Virus record (IMG/VR): IMGVR_UViG_3300050014_001170
Span: 1 to 60,387 of that record
Length of the DNA: 60,387 nt
Direction: 5' to 3' (one strand)
Source of the DNA: a virus
Lineage: Duplodnaviria; Caudoviricetes
The notes below the pieces were generated by a model. That model did not search any database. It was not told the origin of the DNA and saw only the letters and a program-made list of their open reading frames with translations. The first letter of the stretch is position 1, and each line of letters starts with the position of its first letter. The position numbers were made by a program, and so were the translations under genes. Below, in pieces: positions 29,329 to 39,509 of this stretch.

Positions 29329-29706
29329 ATGGAAGAACAAATTATTAGTTTTGAAACATCAAAAATGCTCTGGGAACTTATAAATTTCCCTTGGAATATA
29401 CCCAATTGGTATGACCAAATAGGAACATTAAATTATTCTCATACTGCCGGGGAGGAATTTCATCTTCTCAGGGGAATTCCTGCTCCCACACAAACTTGTC
29501 TTCGAAGATGGTTAAGAGAAAAATATGATATACATATTATCATTGAACCTTATGGTGAATTAGAAAAAACTATCTATGAATGGACAGTAATATCCAATCT
29601 TTATGAAGAGGAAGATGAGGATAATATAAATTTTCCATCTTATGAAAAAGCTTTGGAATCAGCTCTGCAGGAAAGTCTTAAACTTGTTAAATCAAAAAAT
29701 ATATAA
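29329..29706 (+). CDS. Hypothetical phage protein
   Basis: ISFETSK...APTQ...WLREK...YEKALE motif. Confidence 0.6.
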   Translation: MEEQIISFETSKMLWELINFPWNIPNWYDQIGTLNYSHTAGEEFHLLRGIPAPTQTCLRRWLREKYDIHIIIEPYGELEKTIYEWTVISNLYEEEDEDNINFPSYEKALESALQESLKLVKSKNI

Positions 29707-29708
29707 TT

Positions 29709-29906
29709 ATGGAAACCAAAATAGAAAAAATCAAAGTAATCGAAGTAAATGAGGTTTACAAAACTCATGTTGGGGATTTAGTAAAAATCATGGAAATTGA
29801 TAAACCCAATAATAGAGTGCATCTTTTCAATATTTCTGATGGTGCAAATCAATGGGTTTCATTATCCAATGCTCTTGAACACAAATTTATAATGAGAATA
29901 AAATAA
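29709..29906 (+). CDS. Hypothetical protein
   Basis: Coupled ORF. Confidence 0.55.
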   Translation: METKIEKIKVIEVNEVYKTHVGDLVKIMEIDKPNNRVHLFNISDGANQWVSLSNALEHKFIMRIK

Positions 29907-29949
29907 AACTTTTAGCTTTTTCTTAACTATAATTTTAATATAAATCAAA

Positions 29950-30588
29950 ATGTCGGAAGAAATATCGGAAGAAAAAACGGCTATTCAAAAGCTCTGCGAA
30001 GACCCAAAATCCAAGAATTTCGTTAATCACTTAATCAGAGCTTATGTTCCAATTAACAAGCCTACTAAGGTTTGGGAATTTGAAGATAAGAAATCTCATA
30101 AGTGTAATGTTTGTAGTCATGAACTTATTGACTTAGGAACTGTCCTTGGAAGAATACAAACTTCTAAAGAATATGCGAAAGATTTCGTTGATAACTTGCG
30201 AAAACAGATTAGCGGGGAAGAAGTTAAAAGAGAAGATAATCCTATAATAAAACATATTACTCATGGAGCTATCCTGGCTTGGCAAGGAGAAAAAACAACA
30301 ACTTTTCTTTGTGCAGATTGTATAAAAAATCTTCTTGAAATGGTTACAACAGCTCTTCTTCTAGGAGATAAAAATATTATTTGGATTACAAATCAAATGA
30401 GAAGGAATCAGGTTTTTACTCATTTTAAGGAAAGCCCCAGTTTAGATGATAAAGAAAAGGAAGAAGTAAAGGAAATTCAAAAGCATGCCGATAAAAAGAA
30501 GATGACTTTTGCGGATCTTGGAGTTCTTCAAGGATTAAAAGAAAGATTGGAAATTGAAGAAAAAGCAAGCGAAACTAAAAATGAATAG
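29950..30588 (+). CDS. Hypothetical zinc-binding protein
   Basis: CNVC...CADC. Confidence 0.6.
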   Translation: MSEEISEEKTAIQKLCEDPKSKNFVNHLIRAYVPINKPTKVWEFEDKKSHKCNVCSHELIDLGTVLGRIQTSKEYAKDFVDNLRKQISGEEVKREDNPIIKHITHGAILAWQGEKTTTFLCADCIKNLLEMVTTALLLGDKNIIWITNQMRRNQVFTHFKESPSLDDKEKEEVKEIQKHADKKKMTFADLGVLQGLKERLEIEEKASETKNE

Positions 30589-31072
30589 GATTAAGCTCTT
30601 AAAAAAATTCTTAAAAGATTTCAAATATAAAATAACTATTAAGAGGTATATGATTGTTGCATATAACAATCGAACCTATGAAGGGTATAGATTTGTTATT
30701 CCGGAAGTATTTACTTTTTTTGGTGCTAATTATTGGATAAATCAGAATGGGGATAAAGCTAGATATGTTTACGATCTTTATGATATAGCTCTTAGAAAAT
30801 TAGTAATTAATCATCAGCCAATGATAGATGAATTTAATTACGTGAAAAATATCATTCTCAAAACAACAGCTAATTACTCTGCTTCTCTTCGAGTTTATAT
30901 TTTTAATTTTAAAAGAAAATGGGATAGAAGATTTGGAGAAGCTGCTGCAGGTATCTATTTTTTAGATCTTATGGTAATATATAAAATTCAAATGGAAAAA
31001 ACCGGTATAAAATACTTTAATCAAAATAATTCGGATACTTGGACAGAGGAAAAAAATTTAACGAAACTTTAA
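30554..31072 (+). CDS. Hypothetical protein
   Basis: ORF in the plus-strand run; start uncertain. Confidence 0.5.
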   Translation: MKKKQAKLKMNRIKLLKKFLKDFKYKITIKRYMIVAYNNRTYEGYRFVIPEVFTFFGANYWINQNGDKARYVYDLYDIALRKLVINHQPMIDEFNYVKNIILKTTANYSASLRVYIFNFKRKWDRRFGEAAAGIYFLDLMVIYKIQMEKTGIKYFNQNNSDTWTEEKNLTKL

Positions 31073-31113
31073 CATTAAAAATTATTAAAATTTTAATTTT
31101 TTATGTATATTTG
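31058..31113 (+). promoter_or_regulatory. TTAAC-N6-TTAAC box plus TAnnTTTG promoter (representative of at least 7 copies)
   Basis: TTAAC at 31058 and 31069, with TATATTTG at 31106; the same geometry recurs at 32747, 39450, 47865, 48599, 56260 and 59164. Confidence 0.75.
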
Positions 31114-31131
31114 CACTACATTTAATACATT

Positions 31132-31884
31132 GTGAAAATGAAGATTGTAATTTTTACACATGATGCGGAGATTATTAATATATTTAATAGATACACTCGA
31201 GCCGCAGATCCTTCAAAACCTACATATAAAGATTCTGTTCTTCTTCAAAAAGAAACCATAGAGTTAATAACAGCTCGGACAGAAAAAGCATTTTTTGATT
31301 TAATTGCTGATGAATCTATAGAGGGGTTTGCTATTAGTGTTGCATCCTCATTCTCTAAAAAAGCTATCGATTTTATTAAAAGAAGATCTTCCTATGTTCC
31401 AATTCTTTTATATGGAAATATGAAGGATCTTATTTCTATAATGGGGGCAGATATTTATATTCCTTTTGAAGAATCAGGGGATAAGGAATTTTCCTATCAA
31501 AGTCTTTTTGATATTATTGTAAGAAATGTCTCCAATTATACCAAAAATTTTGGAAAACTTCGTAAACTTATGACAAAGATGGCTGAAGTTATTGAGTTTG
31601 ATTCTTGCAAATATGATCCTACTCGAAGAATGCTTTTTCATCAGGGGAAGGAAGTTAAAAAACTTTCAGCAAAAGAAGGGGGCATTCTTGAAATACTTTC
31701 TGTAAATTTTGGTCAGGTAGTTAAGAGAGGAATTATTCTCGAAAAGGTTTGGAAGGTGGATGATTATTTTTCAGGGAGATCTATGGATGTTTATGTTACT
31801 CATTTAAGAAGACTTTTTCAAGAATATGAAATAAATCTTACCATTAAGAATATATCTGGAATAGGTTTAATTCTCGAAGCTTGA
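31132..31884 (+). CDS. OmpR/PhoB-family winged-helix regulator with a degenerate receiver domain
   Basis: C-terminal KLSAKE..IL...VKR..ILEKVW..DDYFSGRSMDVYVTHLR...NISGIG; the N-terminus keeps GADIYI but lacks a clear acidic pocket. Confidence 0.8.
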   Translation: MKMKIVIFTHDAEIINIFNRYTRAADPSKPTYKDSVLLQKETIELITARTEKAFFDLIADESIEGFAISVASSFSKKAIDFIKRRSSYVPILLYGNMKDLISIMGADIYIPFEESGDKEFSYQSLFDIIVRNVSNYTKNFGKLRKLMTKMAEVIEFDSCKYDPTRRMLFHQGKEVKKLSAKEGGILEILSVNFGQVVKRGIILEKVWKVDDYFSGRSMDVYVTHLRRLFQEYEINLTIKNISGIGLILEA

Positions 31885-31994
31885 TTAAAACTGAAGATAG
31901 GATATGAAAACTATTGAGATGTATCGTCTTTTAAAAAAGACAAAAGAAAATAATAGAAAAATTACAAAACTTTCTATAAAACTTAAAAAATTTC

Positions 31995-32285
31995 TTGATG
32001 GCAAGAGCAAATAATGGGGGGTGGGATTTTATCAAGGTTGGCGGAATTTATCAATATAAAGAAGATGGATTTATAGCTCATGTAACTGTTCTTGAAGATA
32101 ATTCTGATGATAAATTTTATCGATTTAAACTTCAGGTGGAGAGATGCAATTATGACCAGCCTCCTCAAAATGGGGTTTTTGAAATATCTCATTCTAAAGA
32201 CCCTGGAGGATATTGGAGTGGGATGCTTCAGTTTTATGAGCAGCCAGAATATTCAGTAAGAGAATACAAATGGATAAGAAAATGA
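31995..32285 (+). CDS. Hypothetical protein
   Basis: ORF in the plus-strand run. Confidence 0.55.
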   Translation: MMARANNGGWDFIKVGGIYQYKEDGFIAHVTVLEDNSDDKFYRFKLQVERCNYDQPPQNGVFEISHSKDPGGYWSGMLQFYEQPEYSVREYKWIRK

Positions 32286-32482
32286 AAATATTTAATATTG
32301 ATTTCAAAGGACATTGGCCTGTTCCTCATGGATTAGTTATCGCAGCTTATGATGAAGATCAAGCTAGAAAAATGGCTGAAAATCTTCTCGCTGAAGATTG
32401 CCTGGATCCAGAAACAATGGAAATTTCAGAAGTCTTTATTGAAGAACCAAAAATTATATTTTTTGAATCCGGAGATTATTAA
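32270..32482 (+). CDS. Hypothetical protein
   Basis: F.GHWPVPHGLVIAA...SGDY motif. Confidence 0.55.
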   Translation: MDKKMKIFNIDFKGHWPVPHGLVIAAYDEDQARKMAENLLAEDCLDPETMEISEVFIEEPKIIFFESGDY

Positions 32483-32501
32483 TTTTAAAAAATAAAACAC
32501 A

Positions 32502-32741
32502 ATGAGTAAAGACAAAGTAAAAGGCAGAAAGCCCTCAGCTTTCAGAAAAAAAATTGATTCTAGATTAGCTCTTTTGAATAATAATTCATCTTTTTCTGTA
32601 GGAAAGCATGATTCTAAAATTGATATTAATTATCTCCAAAATTTAATTACCTCCTATATTTGGTATTTTGAGAAGAGATCATGGAAAATGTTTCGTACCA
32701 AAAGATCAGAAAATGGGGTAAGAATTTATCGAGTTCGCTAG
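32502..32741 (+). CDS. Small basic protein, possibly DNA-binding
   Basis: C-terminal FRTK...GVRIYRV. Confidence 0.5.
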   Translation: MSKDKVKGRKPSAFRKKIDSRLALLNNNSSFSVGKHDSKIDINYLQNLITSYIWYFEKRSWKMFRTKRSENGVRIYRVR

Positions 32742-32826
32742 TAATTTTAACGATTTTTAACGACCTGGATTTTTTAGTCTGGGCCTTTTTTTGTATATTT
32801 GCATCAAGAGAAAAGAGAAAAGAGAT

Positions 32827-33336
32827 ATGAAAAAAATATTTTTAATTCTAAAATTTCTAGGAATCCTTTCATTTACATGTGCTCAGGTTTCTTTTGATTC
32901 TGTAGCTTATAAGGCTTTTCAAAAAATATCTTTAAGTTATACAGAAAGAGATACAACCTCTTCAGATGTCTTATTTTGGTTTACTGGTAATAAAGTTTCT
33001 TTATCTACCAAGGATCAGACTAAGAATCTTTATTTTGGCGAGATTTTTGAGGAAACTCTTGAAACCGGTCATAGGGTTAAAAGAATTCAATGCAAAGATG
33101 ATGGTGGATTTAATTGTGTTTTAAGTACTGGTTATGATTCGGGATTTGATTTTATTTCGATTGAATATAATAATAAGGTATTTTTTTATAGGGTTTCAGA
33201 AACAAAAGAAAGACCTTGGGATAATGATCCAGTTGAATTAGTTCCTTATGAACTTATCAATAGAAAATATACGCCAGAGGAAATAAAATTTTGGTATCGC
33301 TTACAAGTTATTGATGCATCTTTTATAAATTTGTAA
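32827..33336 (+). CDS. Secreted hypothetical protein
   Basis: MKKIFLIL...CAQ signal peptide; start moved to 32827. Confidence 0.55.
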   Translation: MKKIFLILKFLGILSFTCAQVSFDSVAYKAFQKISLSYTERDTTSSDVLFWFTGNKVSLSTKDQTKNLYFGEIFEETLETGHRVKRIQCKDDGGFNCVLSTGYDSGFDFISIEYNNKVFFYRVSETKERPWDNDPVELVPYELINRKYTPEEIKFWYRLQVIDASFINL

Positions 33337-33337
33337 T

Positions 33338-33649
33338 ATGAGAACCGCAAACAAAGATTCTTTAATTACTTTAATTCAGATTTATGCAACTGGAAAAGTC
33401 AATTCCGGATTTAGCCCTCAAATTCTTGCAGAAGCTATTTCTAAACAAGTTGATTTTGATCAGCCAATTGATATTTTTTCAGCAAATAAAAATAAAGATG
33501 TTATTCGAAAAGGTAGGCAAGGCATTTCTAAATTAAAGAAAGAAATGGAAGCGGAATTGAAAAAATTAAATAAAGATGAAAAACTTTTTGCTAATTTCTT
33601 AAGAGGAAAAGTTACTGCATACCAAGAAATAAGAGATTTATTAAAATGA
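33338..33649 (+). CDS. Hypothetical protein
   Basis: Coupled ORF. Confidence 0.55.
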   Translation: MRTANKDSLITLIQIYATGKVNSGFSPQILAEAISKQVDFDQPIDIFSANKNKDVIRKGRQGISKLKKEMEAELKKLNKDEKLFANFLRGKVTAYQEIRDLLK

Positions 33650-33790
33650 ATACACTACTAATTATACTTATGCTTTTTTGTCTTTTTTCTATTCCTATTA
33701 CCGGTAGTATTTATATTGCTTACAGATATGGGTGGAAAGATATGATCAAATTTTGGAAATTTGTATATGAGGATTTAAAAAAACATAAAA

Positions 33791-34000
33791 ATGGATAAAA
33801 AAAAGATTGTAGAGGAAATTCAGCTTGACATTAAGCGAGGAATCTATGATAGTTTTCCTGTATTAAAAAGCCGATTGCTATTTATATCAGAAAAACTTAT
33901 TAAATCTATTTATATCGTTAATCAGGAAGCTCAACTTTCCAGAAATGAAATGGAAACTCTTCTTGAAAATGAATATATTAGAAAGGAAGATTTTCAATGA
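33791..34000 (+). CDS. Hypothetical protein
   Basis: ORF in the plus-strand run. Confidence 0.5.
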   Translation: MDKKKIVEEIQLDIKRGIYDSFPVLKSRLLFISEKLIKSIYIVNQEAQLSRNEMETLLENEYIRKEDFQ

Positions 34001-34160
34001 AGATATTCTGTTTAACCATCTTACTTATTTTTTGGCTATTATTTACAGTTATTCTTTCTATAAGCATTTTTGGAGCACTCTTTGCTTTCTTGATCGAGGA
34101 TCAGTATGGTAGATCCGAATGGTTTAAAATGGGAAAAATTTTATATGAAACAATAATAGG

Positions 34161-35270
34161 ATGACTTATACAATACAACAACTCAGAGATCGGAATATGA
34201 TTATTTTTGAATCTGTTTCTGGATCCAATGCTTATGGAACAAATACCCCTGAATCGGATCGTGATATACGTGGGGTTTTTATTCAGCCACTCAGGGATGC
34301 TCTTCAGTATGGATTTATAGATCAGGTTTCTGATGAAAAGAATGATGTTACATTTTATGAACTTGGTCGCTTTATGAATCTGGTTGCAGGAAATAATCCA
34401 AATATTTTAGAATTGCTGGATGTTCCCGATGATTGTATAATTTACAAGGATCCTCTTTTTGCTATATTGGAATATTATAAACAGGATTTTCTTTCAAAAA
34501 AAGTTCGCTGGACTTTTGCAGGATATGCAATTGATCAGATACAAAAAGCACGTGGTTATAACAAGAAAATGAACTGGGAAGAATCCCAGATGGTTCGCAA
34601 AACTGTTCTTGATTTTTGCTATGTTCTTGTTGGCGGAGGGTCAAAACCATTTAAAGAATGGCTGAGTGATTTAAATAAACAACTAATTCATCTTCAATAT
34701 ACTCAGGAAGATTTTGGTCTTGCTGCTGTAGATCATGCACATAATTTATATGCAATGTATATGAGTGAATTAAGAACTCTTGGATGGGGAATAGTTTCTG
34801 ATGAAGAAAAATCTAATGAAGTACAATTAACCTCTATACCAAAAAATCTTCAATTTTTGCATAATTTGTATTTTAATCAGGAAGGTTATTCATCTCATTG
34901 TAAAAAGTATCGTGAATATCAGACCTGGATTAAAGAACGTAATCCCAACAGATTCAAAATGAATAAAGCTCATGGTAAACAGTATGACAGCAAAAATATG
35001 ATGCATACCTATCGTTTGCTTCTTATGGCTCATGAACTTGCTAAGGGTGAACTTCGTGTTCGAAGAACTCCTGAAGAAATAGTAAAACTTATGAAAATAC
35101 GTAGAGGAGAATATGAGTATGAGGATCTTCTTCGTGAAGCAGAAGCAATGAAAGATGGATTAGAAGAAGCATTTCAAAAATCTACTCTTCCTGAAAAACC
35201 CGACGTTGAAAAAGTTCTCGAAATACTTCTAGGGATAAGATTAACTTATTATAAATTAAAAATATTTTAA
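34161..35270 (+). CDS. Pol-beta superfamily nucleotidyltransferase (RlaP/YcgL-like)
   Basis: GSNAYGTNTPESDRDIRGVF, NNPNILELL, YDSKNMMHTYRLL and IRRGE motifs. Confidence 0.85.
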   Translation: MTYTIQQLRDRNMIIFESVSGSNAYGTNTPESDRDIRGVFIQPLRDALQYGFIDQVSDEKNDVTFYELGRFMNLVAGNNPNILELLDVPDDCIIYKDPLFAILEYYKQDFLSKKVRWTFAGYAIDQIQKARGYNKKMNWEESQMVRKTVLDFCYVLVGGGSKPFKEWLSDLNKQLIHLQYTQEDFGLAAVDHAHNLYAMYMSELRTLGWGIVSDEEKSNEVQLTSIPKNLQFLHNLYFNQEGYSSHCKKYREYQTWIKERNPNRFKMNKAHGKQYDSKNMMHTYRLLLMAHELAKGELRVRRTPEEIVKLMKIRRGEYEYEDLLREAEAMKDGLEEAFQKSTLPEKPDVEKVLEILLGIRLTYYKLKIF

Positions 35271-35272
35271 AA

Positions 35273-37075
35273 ATGAAAAATTACAGTAGTTACAGTAAAC
35301 CTATTAAACAAAAATCAACAATGAGAACAAAAGACATTTTTATGATTTTATTAACCATTCTTTTTGTTTGGCTATGTTTCTTTGCCGGCAGACCGGTTCT
35401 TAGTTATGGATTTACCGGATGGCCAGCTCTTATCTTCCTTGTAGGAGTTATTTTTCTTCTTTTTGATCTTGATGATTCCGAATTTGAAGGATCCTGGAGA
35501 TTATGGCCTGGATTAGGATTAATGGGAATAGGGTTCATATTTTTTGCTCTCTTACCTATAGGATCTTCAACAATGTTTCGAGCACAGGATTATAGACAAC
35601 TTATTGGTCAGGTAGAAGAAAAAACCTTCTCCAATGATATAAGTCCTATTGATCCATCTCGTATGGTATTAATTGATTATGAAGTTGCTGCTAAACTGGG
35701 AGACAAGCGTCTCGTTTCAGAAGATATGTCTCTTGGTAGTGTTGCAACAATCGGAAAATATACTCATCAAAAAATCGGAGCAGATCTATATTATGCAGCT
35801 CCAATCAATCATACGGACTTTTGGAAATGGCGTAAAAATAAACAAGGAACTCCTGGATATATTTTAGTTAATGCTCATAATCAAAAGGATGTTCGTCTTG
35901 TTAAAGAAGTTAACGGAAAACCTATTCATCTTAAATATCAAGAAGGAGGATGTTTTGGGGATTATCTTCCAAGACATATTTATAGAAATGGATACAGGAA
36001 TTATGGTCAATATGAATATGAATTTGAACTCGATGATGAAATGAATCCCTGGTTTGTAGTTCCCCTTTACGATAAAAAAGTTGGATATGGAGGTAAGGAT
36101 GTTGTTAAAGTTCTTATAGTTAATCCGGAAACTGGAAAAATAGATGAATACGATCCTAAAGATCTTCCGGCTTGGGTTGATAGAGCTTATCCTAAAGATC
36201 TTATTAGTGATCAATTTGACAAATGGGGAGAATGGGTACATGGATGGCCAAATTGGGCAAATAAGGATAAAATGAAACTTAGTCAGGGAACTCAACTTAT
36301 CTATGGTTCTGATGGAAGATGTTATCTATTCAGCGGAGTAACTTCAGTTGGCTCTGATGATGCAAGTATAGGATTTATCTTAGCTGATAGTCGAACAAAA
36401 AAAGTTACTCTTTATAAAGCGGGGGGAGCTATTGAATCAGCAGCTCAATCTTCTGCTCAAGGTAGGGTTCAGGAGAAAGAATATGTTGCTTCATGGCCAC
36501 GACCCTATAATGTAAATGGGGTCTGGACTTATGTTATGGCTCTTAAGGATAAAGAAGGACTTATCAAAAGCATTGCTCTCGTATCTTATACAAACTACGA
36601 AGTGGTAGGTATCGGGGATAATATATCAGATGCTATTCGTAACTATAAAGCTGCTCTAAACAGTAAAGGAGATATTGTAGCTGCATCAAGCGATAATACG
36701 AAATCTGTTTTAACCGGAAAGCTTTCTCGATTTGGTCAGGATACAAAAGAAGGTCAGTTCTATTATTATATTATACTCGAAGAATTACCTCAGACCTTAT
36801 TTGTTGGAACTTCTGCTCTTTCAAATGAATTACCTGTATCAAAGGTTGGTGATAAAATTAAAATATCTTTTGAGTCCGGAAATGAAGGAGAGATTTTCGT
36901 TGAAACTTTTGATAATCTTAATCTAAATTTTATAAAAACTCCTGAACAATTGAGAGTAGATTCTGCTGGTACGAAAGTTGAAGTTCGAATTAATAGAGAA
37001 AATCTTGATACAAGGGTAAAAGCTAAGCTTCAGAATATGACAGAAGAAGAAAAACTTAAACTTTTAAAGAAATAA
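35273..37075 (+). CDS. Conserved membrane-anchored exported protein
   Basis: Three N-terminal TM segments followed by a large soluble domain (FELDDE...P.WVDRAYP...YNVNG). Confidence 0.65.
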   Translation: MKNYSSYSKPIKQKSTMRTKDIFMILLTILFVWLCFFAGRPVLSYGFTGWPALIFLVGVIFLLFDLDDSEFEGSWRLWPGLGLMGIGFIFFALLPIGSSTMFRAQDYRQLIGQVEEKTFSNDISPIDPSRMVLIDYEVAAKLGDKRLVSEDMSLGSVATIGKYTHQKIGADLYYAAPINHTDFWKWRKNKQGTPGYILVNAHNQKDVRLVKEVNGKPIHLKYQEGGCFGDYLPRHIYRNGYRNYGQYEYEFELDDEMNPWFVVPLYDKKVGYGGKDVVKVLIVNPETGKIDEYDPKDLPAWVDRAYPKDLISDQFDKWGEWVHGWPNWANKDKMKLSQGTQLIYGSDGRCYLFSGVTSVGSDDASIGFILADSRTKKVTLYKAGGAIESAAQSSAQGRVQEKEYVASWPRPYNVNGVWTYVMALKDKEGLIKSIALVSYTNYEVVGIGDNISDAIRNYKAALNSKGDIVAASSDNTKSVLTGKLSRFGQDTKEGQFYYYIILEELPQTLFVGTSALSNELPVSKVGDKIKISFESGNEGEIFVETFDNLNLNFIKTPEQLRVDSAGTKVEVRINRENLDTRVKAKLQNMTEEEKLKLLKK

Positions 37076-37076
37076 A

Positions 37077-37685
37077 TTGAAAAAAGTTGCTATATTCGGA
37101 GGTGCTTTCAATCCAATAACATTGGGGCATCTTCGAGTAGCAAAAGTTCTAATAGAAAGATTACCGGATTTTGAAATATGGTTGAGTCCTACTTATGAAT
37201 CAACTCTTAATAAAACCATGTTAGATCCAAAGCATCGGATTGAAATGTGTAAATTAGCAGTTCAAAAGTTTTCAAAACTCAAAGTTTTTGATTATGAAAT
37301 TCACCATAAAGTTTCATCGGGAACTCTGGATTTCTACAAAAAACTAAAAGAAAATACTTTATATAAGAATTATGATTTTTATTTTGTAATTGGAATGGAT
37401 CAAGCTAACAATATTGATAAGTGGGTAAATTCTATAGTTCTTATTAATGCTGTTAAATTTATTATTCTTCCAAGAGAAGGGGAAAAAGAAAAATCTTCTT
37501 GGTATAAAAATTTTAATCATATTTTTATTGACAAACCAGATCAAAGAAAAATATCTTCAACAGTAGTTCGAAAAAATTTACTAAAATTTTATGCTGGAGA
37601 TGAAGAAATTCTTAGAGATCTTAAAAAAGATTTAGCACCGGAAGTTTTAAAATACATTCTGAAAAACAAACTCTATGGAAATTAA
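37077..37685 (+). CDS. nadD: Nicotinate/nicotinamide-nucleotide adenylyltransferase
   Basis: IFGGAFNPITLGH, FVIGMDQ...W and ISST motifs. Confidence 0.85.
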   Translation: MKKVAIFGGAFNPITLGHLRVAKVLIERLPDFEIWLSPTYESTLNKTMLDPKHRIEMCKLAVQKFSKLKVFDYEIHHKVSSGTLDFYKKLKENTLYKNYDFYFVIGMDQANNIDKWVNSIVLINAVKFIILPREGEKEKSSWYKNFNHIFIDKPDQRKISSTVVRKNLLKFYAGDEEILRDLKKDLAPEVLKYILKNKLYGN

Positions 37686-38256
37686 ATTTAGTAACCGACC
37701 TAATAAGGTACATTTTGTTAAAGATATTGATGGGGATCGTGATATTTGGGAAAGTAGAAGTGCTGCTGCTGTTGCGGTTGTTTTTGGAAAATTCAAAGGA
37801 GATATTTATGTTCTTATGGAGAAAAGATCTCAAGAAATGGATCAACCTGGTAAATGGTGTCTTCCTTGCGGATATTTCGATTGGGATGAAAATGGTTGGC
37901 AAGCTATAACTCGGGAAATCTATGAAGAAACCTCTTTATTTCTTCCAAATTATGATAAAAATTTGGTAAATCGAAACAAAAGAAGACCTTTCTTTGTAAA
38001 TACAGAGATTACAGAAAACAGACAGAATATTGCTTTAATTTATGGAATGGTTTTTGATTTTAAAGTGATTTTGCCTCAAGAGGTTTTTCTTTATAGAAAT
38101 TCAGAAATTGAAGAAATTAAATGGGTTAAGCTTAATGAGATTAATGGATTAAAGGTAGCTTTTAATCATGATAAACGTATCTGCCAAGCAGAAAAGTATT
38201 TTTCAAAGCATTTATTGCCTTGGTGGAAGTGGTTAATAAAAAAGATATTTTGTTAA
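37675..38256 (+). CDS. Nudix hydrolase
   Basis: Nudix box G..DWDE....AITREIYEETSL; AFNH. Confidence 0.85.
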   Translation: MEIKFSNRPNKVHFVKDIDGDRDIWESRSAAAVAVVFGKFKGDIYVLMEKRSQEMDQPGKWCLPCGYFDWDENGWQAITREIYEETSLFLPNYDKNLVNRNKRRPFFVNTEITENRQNIALIYGMVFDFKVILPQEVFLYRNSEIEEIKWVKLNEINGLKVAFNHDKRICQAEKYFSKHLLPWWKWLIKKIFC

Positions 38257-38297
38257 AACTTCTATATCTTCTTCTTATAAAATATTAAAATATAGTT

Positions 38298-39257
38298 ATG
38301 GATACAGTAGTAACTCAATTGTTTACAGAAAAATTTCGTCCTCAAAAATTAGAGCAACTTATTGCCCCCGAAAGAGTTAAATCCCAATTAAAACATGGAT
38401 TAGTTCAGAATTTGCTTCTTTTTGGTTCTGCAGGAACAGGAAAAACCTCAACACTTTTTATTCTTGCAAAGGATCATCCTTATCTTTATATTAATGCCTC
38501 GGATCAAAGAGGAATTGATATTATTAGGGATAATGTAGTTCCTTTTTGCTCTTCAATATCTTTAGAAGAGGGTAAAGAAAAATTAAAGTGTGTTATATTA
38601 GATGAACTTGATGGAGCTACTGGGGAATTTTTTAAAGCATTACGTGCTGTTATGGAAAAATATGCTAAGACTACAAGATTTGTAGCTTCATGTAATTTTC
38701 TTAATAAGATTCCTGAACCCATATGGGAATCTAGATTTCTTCCTATTTCTTATGATCCGATTAATCCTGAAGAGGAAACATATTTAATAAATGAATATAA
38801 AGTACGAATTAGCGCAATATTAAAAGCAGCTCAAATAACTTTTACATTTGAGATTCTAGATAAATTTGTTCGCAATGATTTTCCAGATTTAAGAGCTTTA
38901 ATGAATAAAATACAATCACTTCATTTAAGAGGTGCTAAAGAGCTTTCTGCAGAAAATATGGCAACGAGTTCGGATTTTGGAGATCTTTTCCAACTTTGTC
39001 TTCAGCCATCAACAAAACCCTATGATAATTATAAATTAATTGTTAATCAATTTGCTTCAAAAATAGATGAAAGCCTTACAGCTTTGGGAAGTGATTTTCC
39101 CGAATATCTTAAAAATATGGCTCCTGCTCGTCTAGATAAATTACCATTAGTTCTTATTGCAACAGCTGAATATCAATATCAAAAGAGTTTTGTTATAGAT
39201 CCATTATTAACGCTTCTGGCTTGTGTTTTTAGAATACAGCAAATATTAAATTCATGA
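38298..39257 (+). CDS. Sliding clamp loader ATPase subunit (RFC/T4 gp44-like)
   Basis: EKFRP, GSAGTGKT, INASD.RGID..R, ILDELD, SRF and FPDLR motifs. Confidence 0.9.
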   Translation: MDTVVTQLFTEKFRPQKLEQLIAPERVKSQLKHGLVQNLLLFGSAGTGKTSTLFILAKDHPYLYINASDQRGIDIIRDNVVPFCSSISLEEGKEKLKCVILDELDGATGEFFKALRAVMEKYAKTTRFVASCNFLNKIPEPIWESRFLPISYDPINPEEETYLINEYKVRISAILKAAQITFTFEILDKFVRNDFPDLRALMNKIQSLHLRGAKELSAENMATSSDFGDLFQLCLQPSTKPYDNYKLIVNQFASKIDESLTALGSDFPEYLKNMAPARLDKLPLVLIATAEYQYQKSFVIDPLLTLLACVFRIQQILNS

Positions 39258-39448
39258 AAAAAATAAAAATAATTGTTGGAGATGATCTTAATTACCTCCA
39301 GAAAAATATTGATAAATGGATTGATGATAAGAAGCCTTATATAGATTCTATTTCCTCTATTACTCTCAATCCGGGTGAATATTCAAGCTCTTTTATGATT
39401 GCAATACTTTATTCGGAATCCAGTATTGATGCTTCAACAATTCCTTAA
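39254..39448 (+). CDS. Hypothetical protein
   Basis: ATGA-coupled ORF. Confidence 0.5.
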   Translation: MKKIKIIVGDDLNYLQKNIDKWIDDKKPYIDSISSITLNPGEYSSSFMIAILYSESSIDASTIP

Positions 39449-39509
39449 TTTAACGACTTTTTAACAAGTATTATTATTTTTATTAAATATTTTTTCATAT
39501 ATTTGGACT

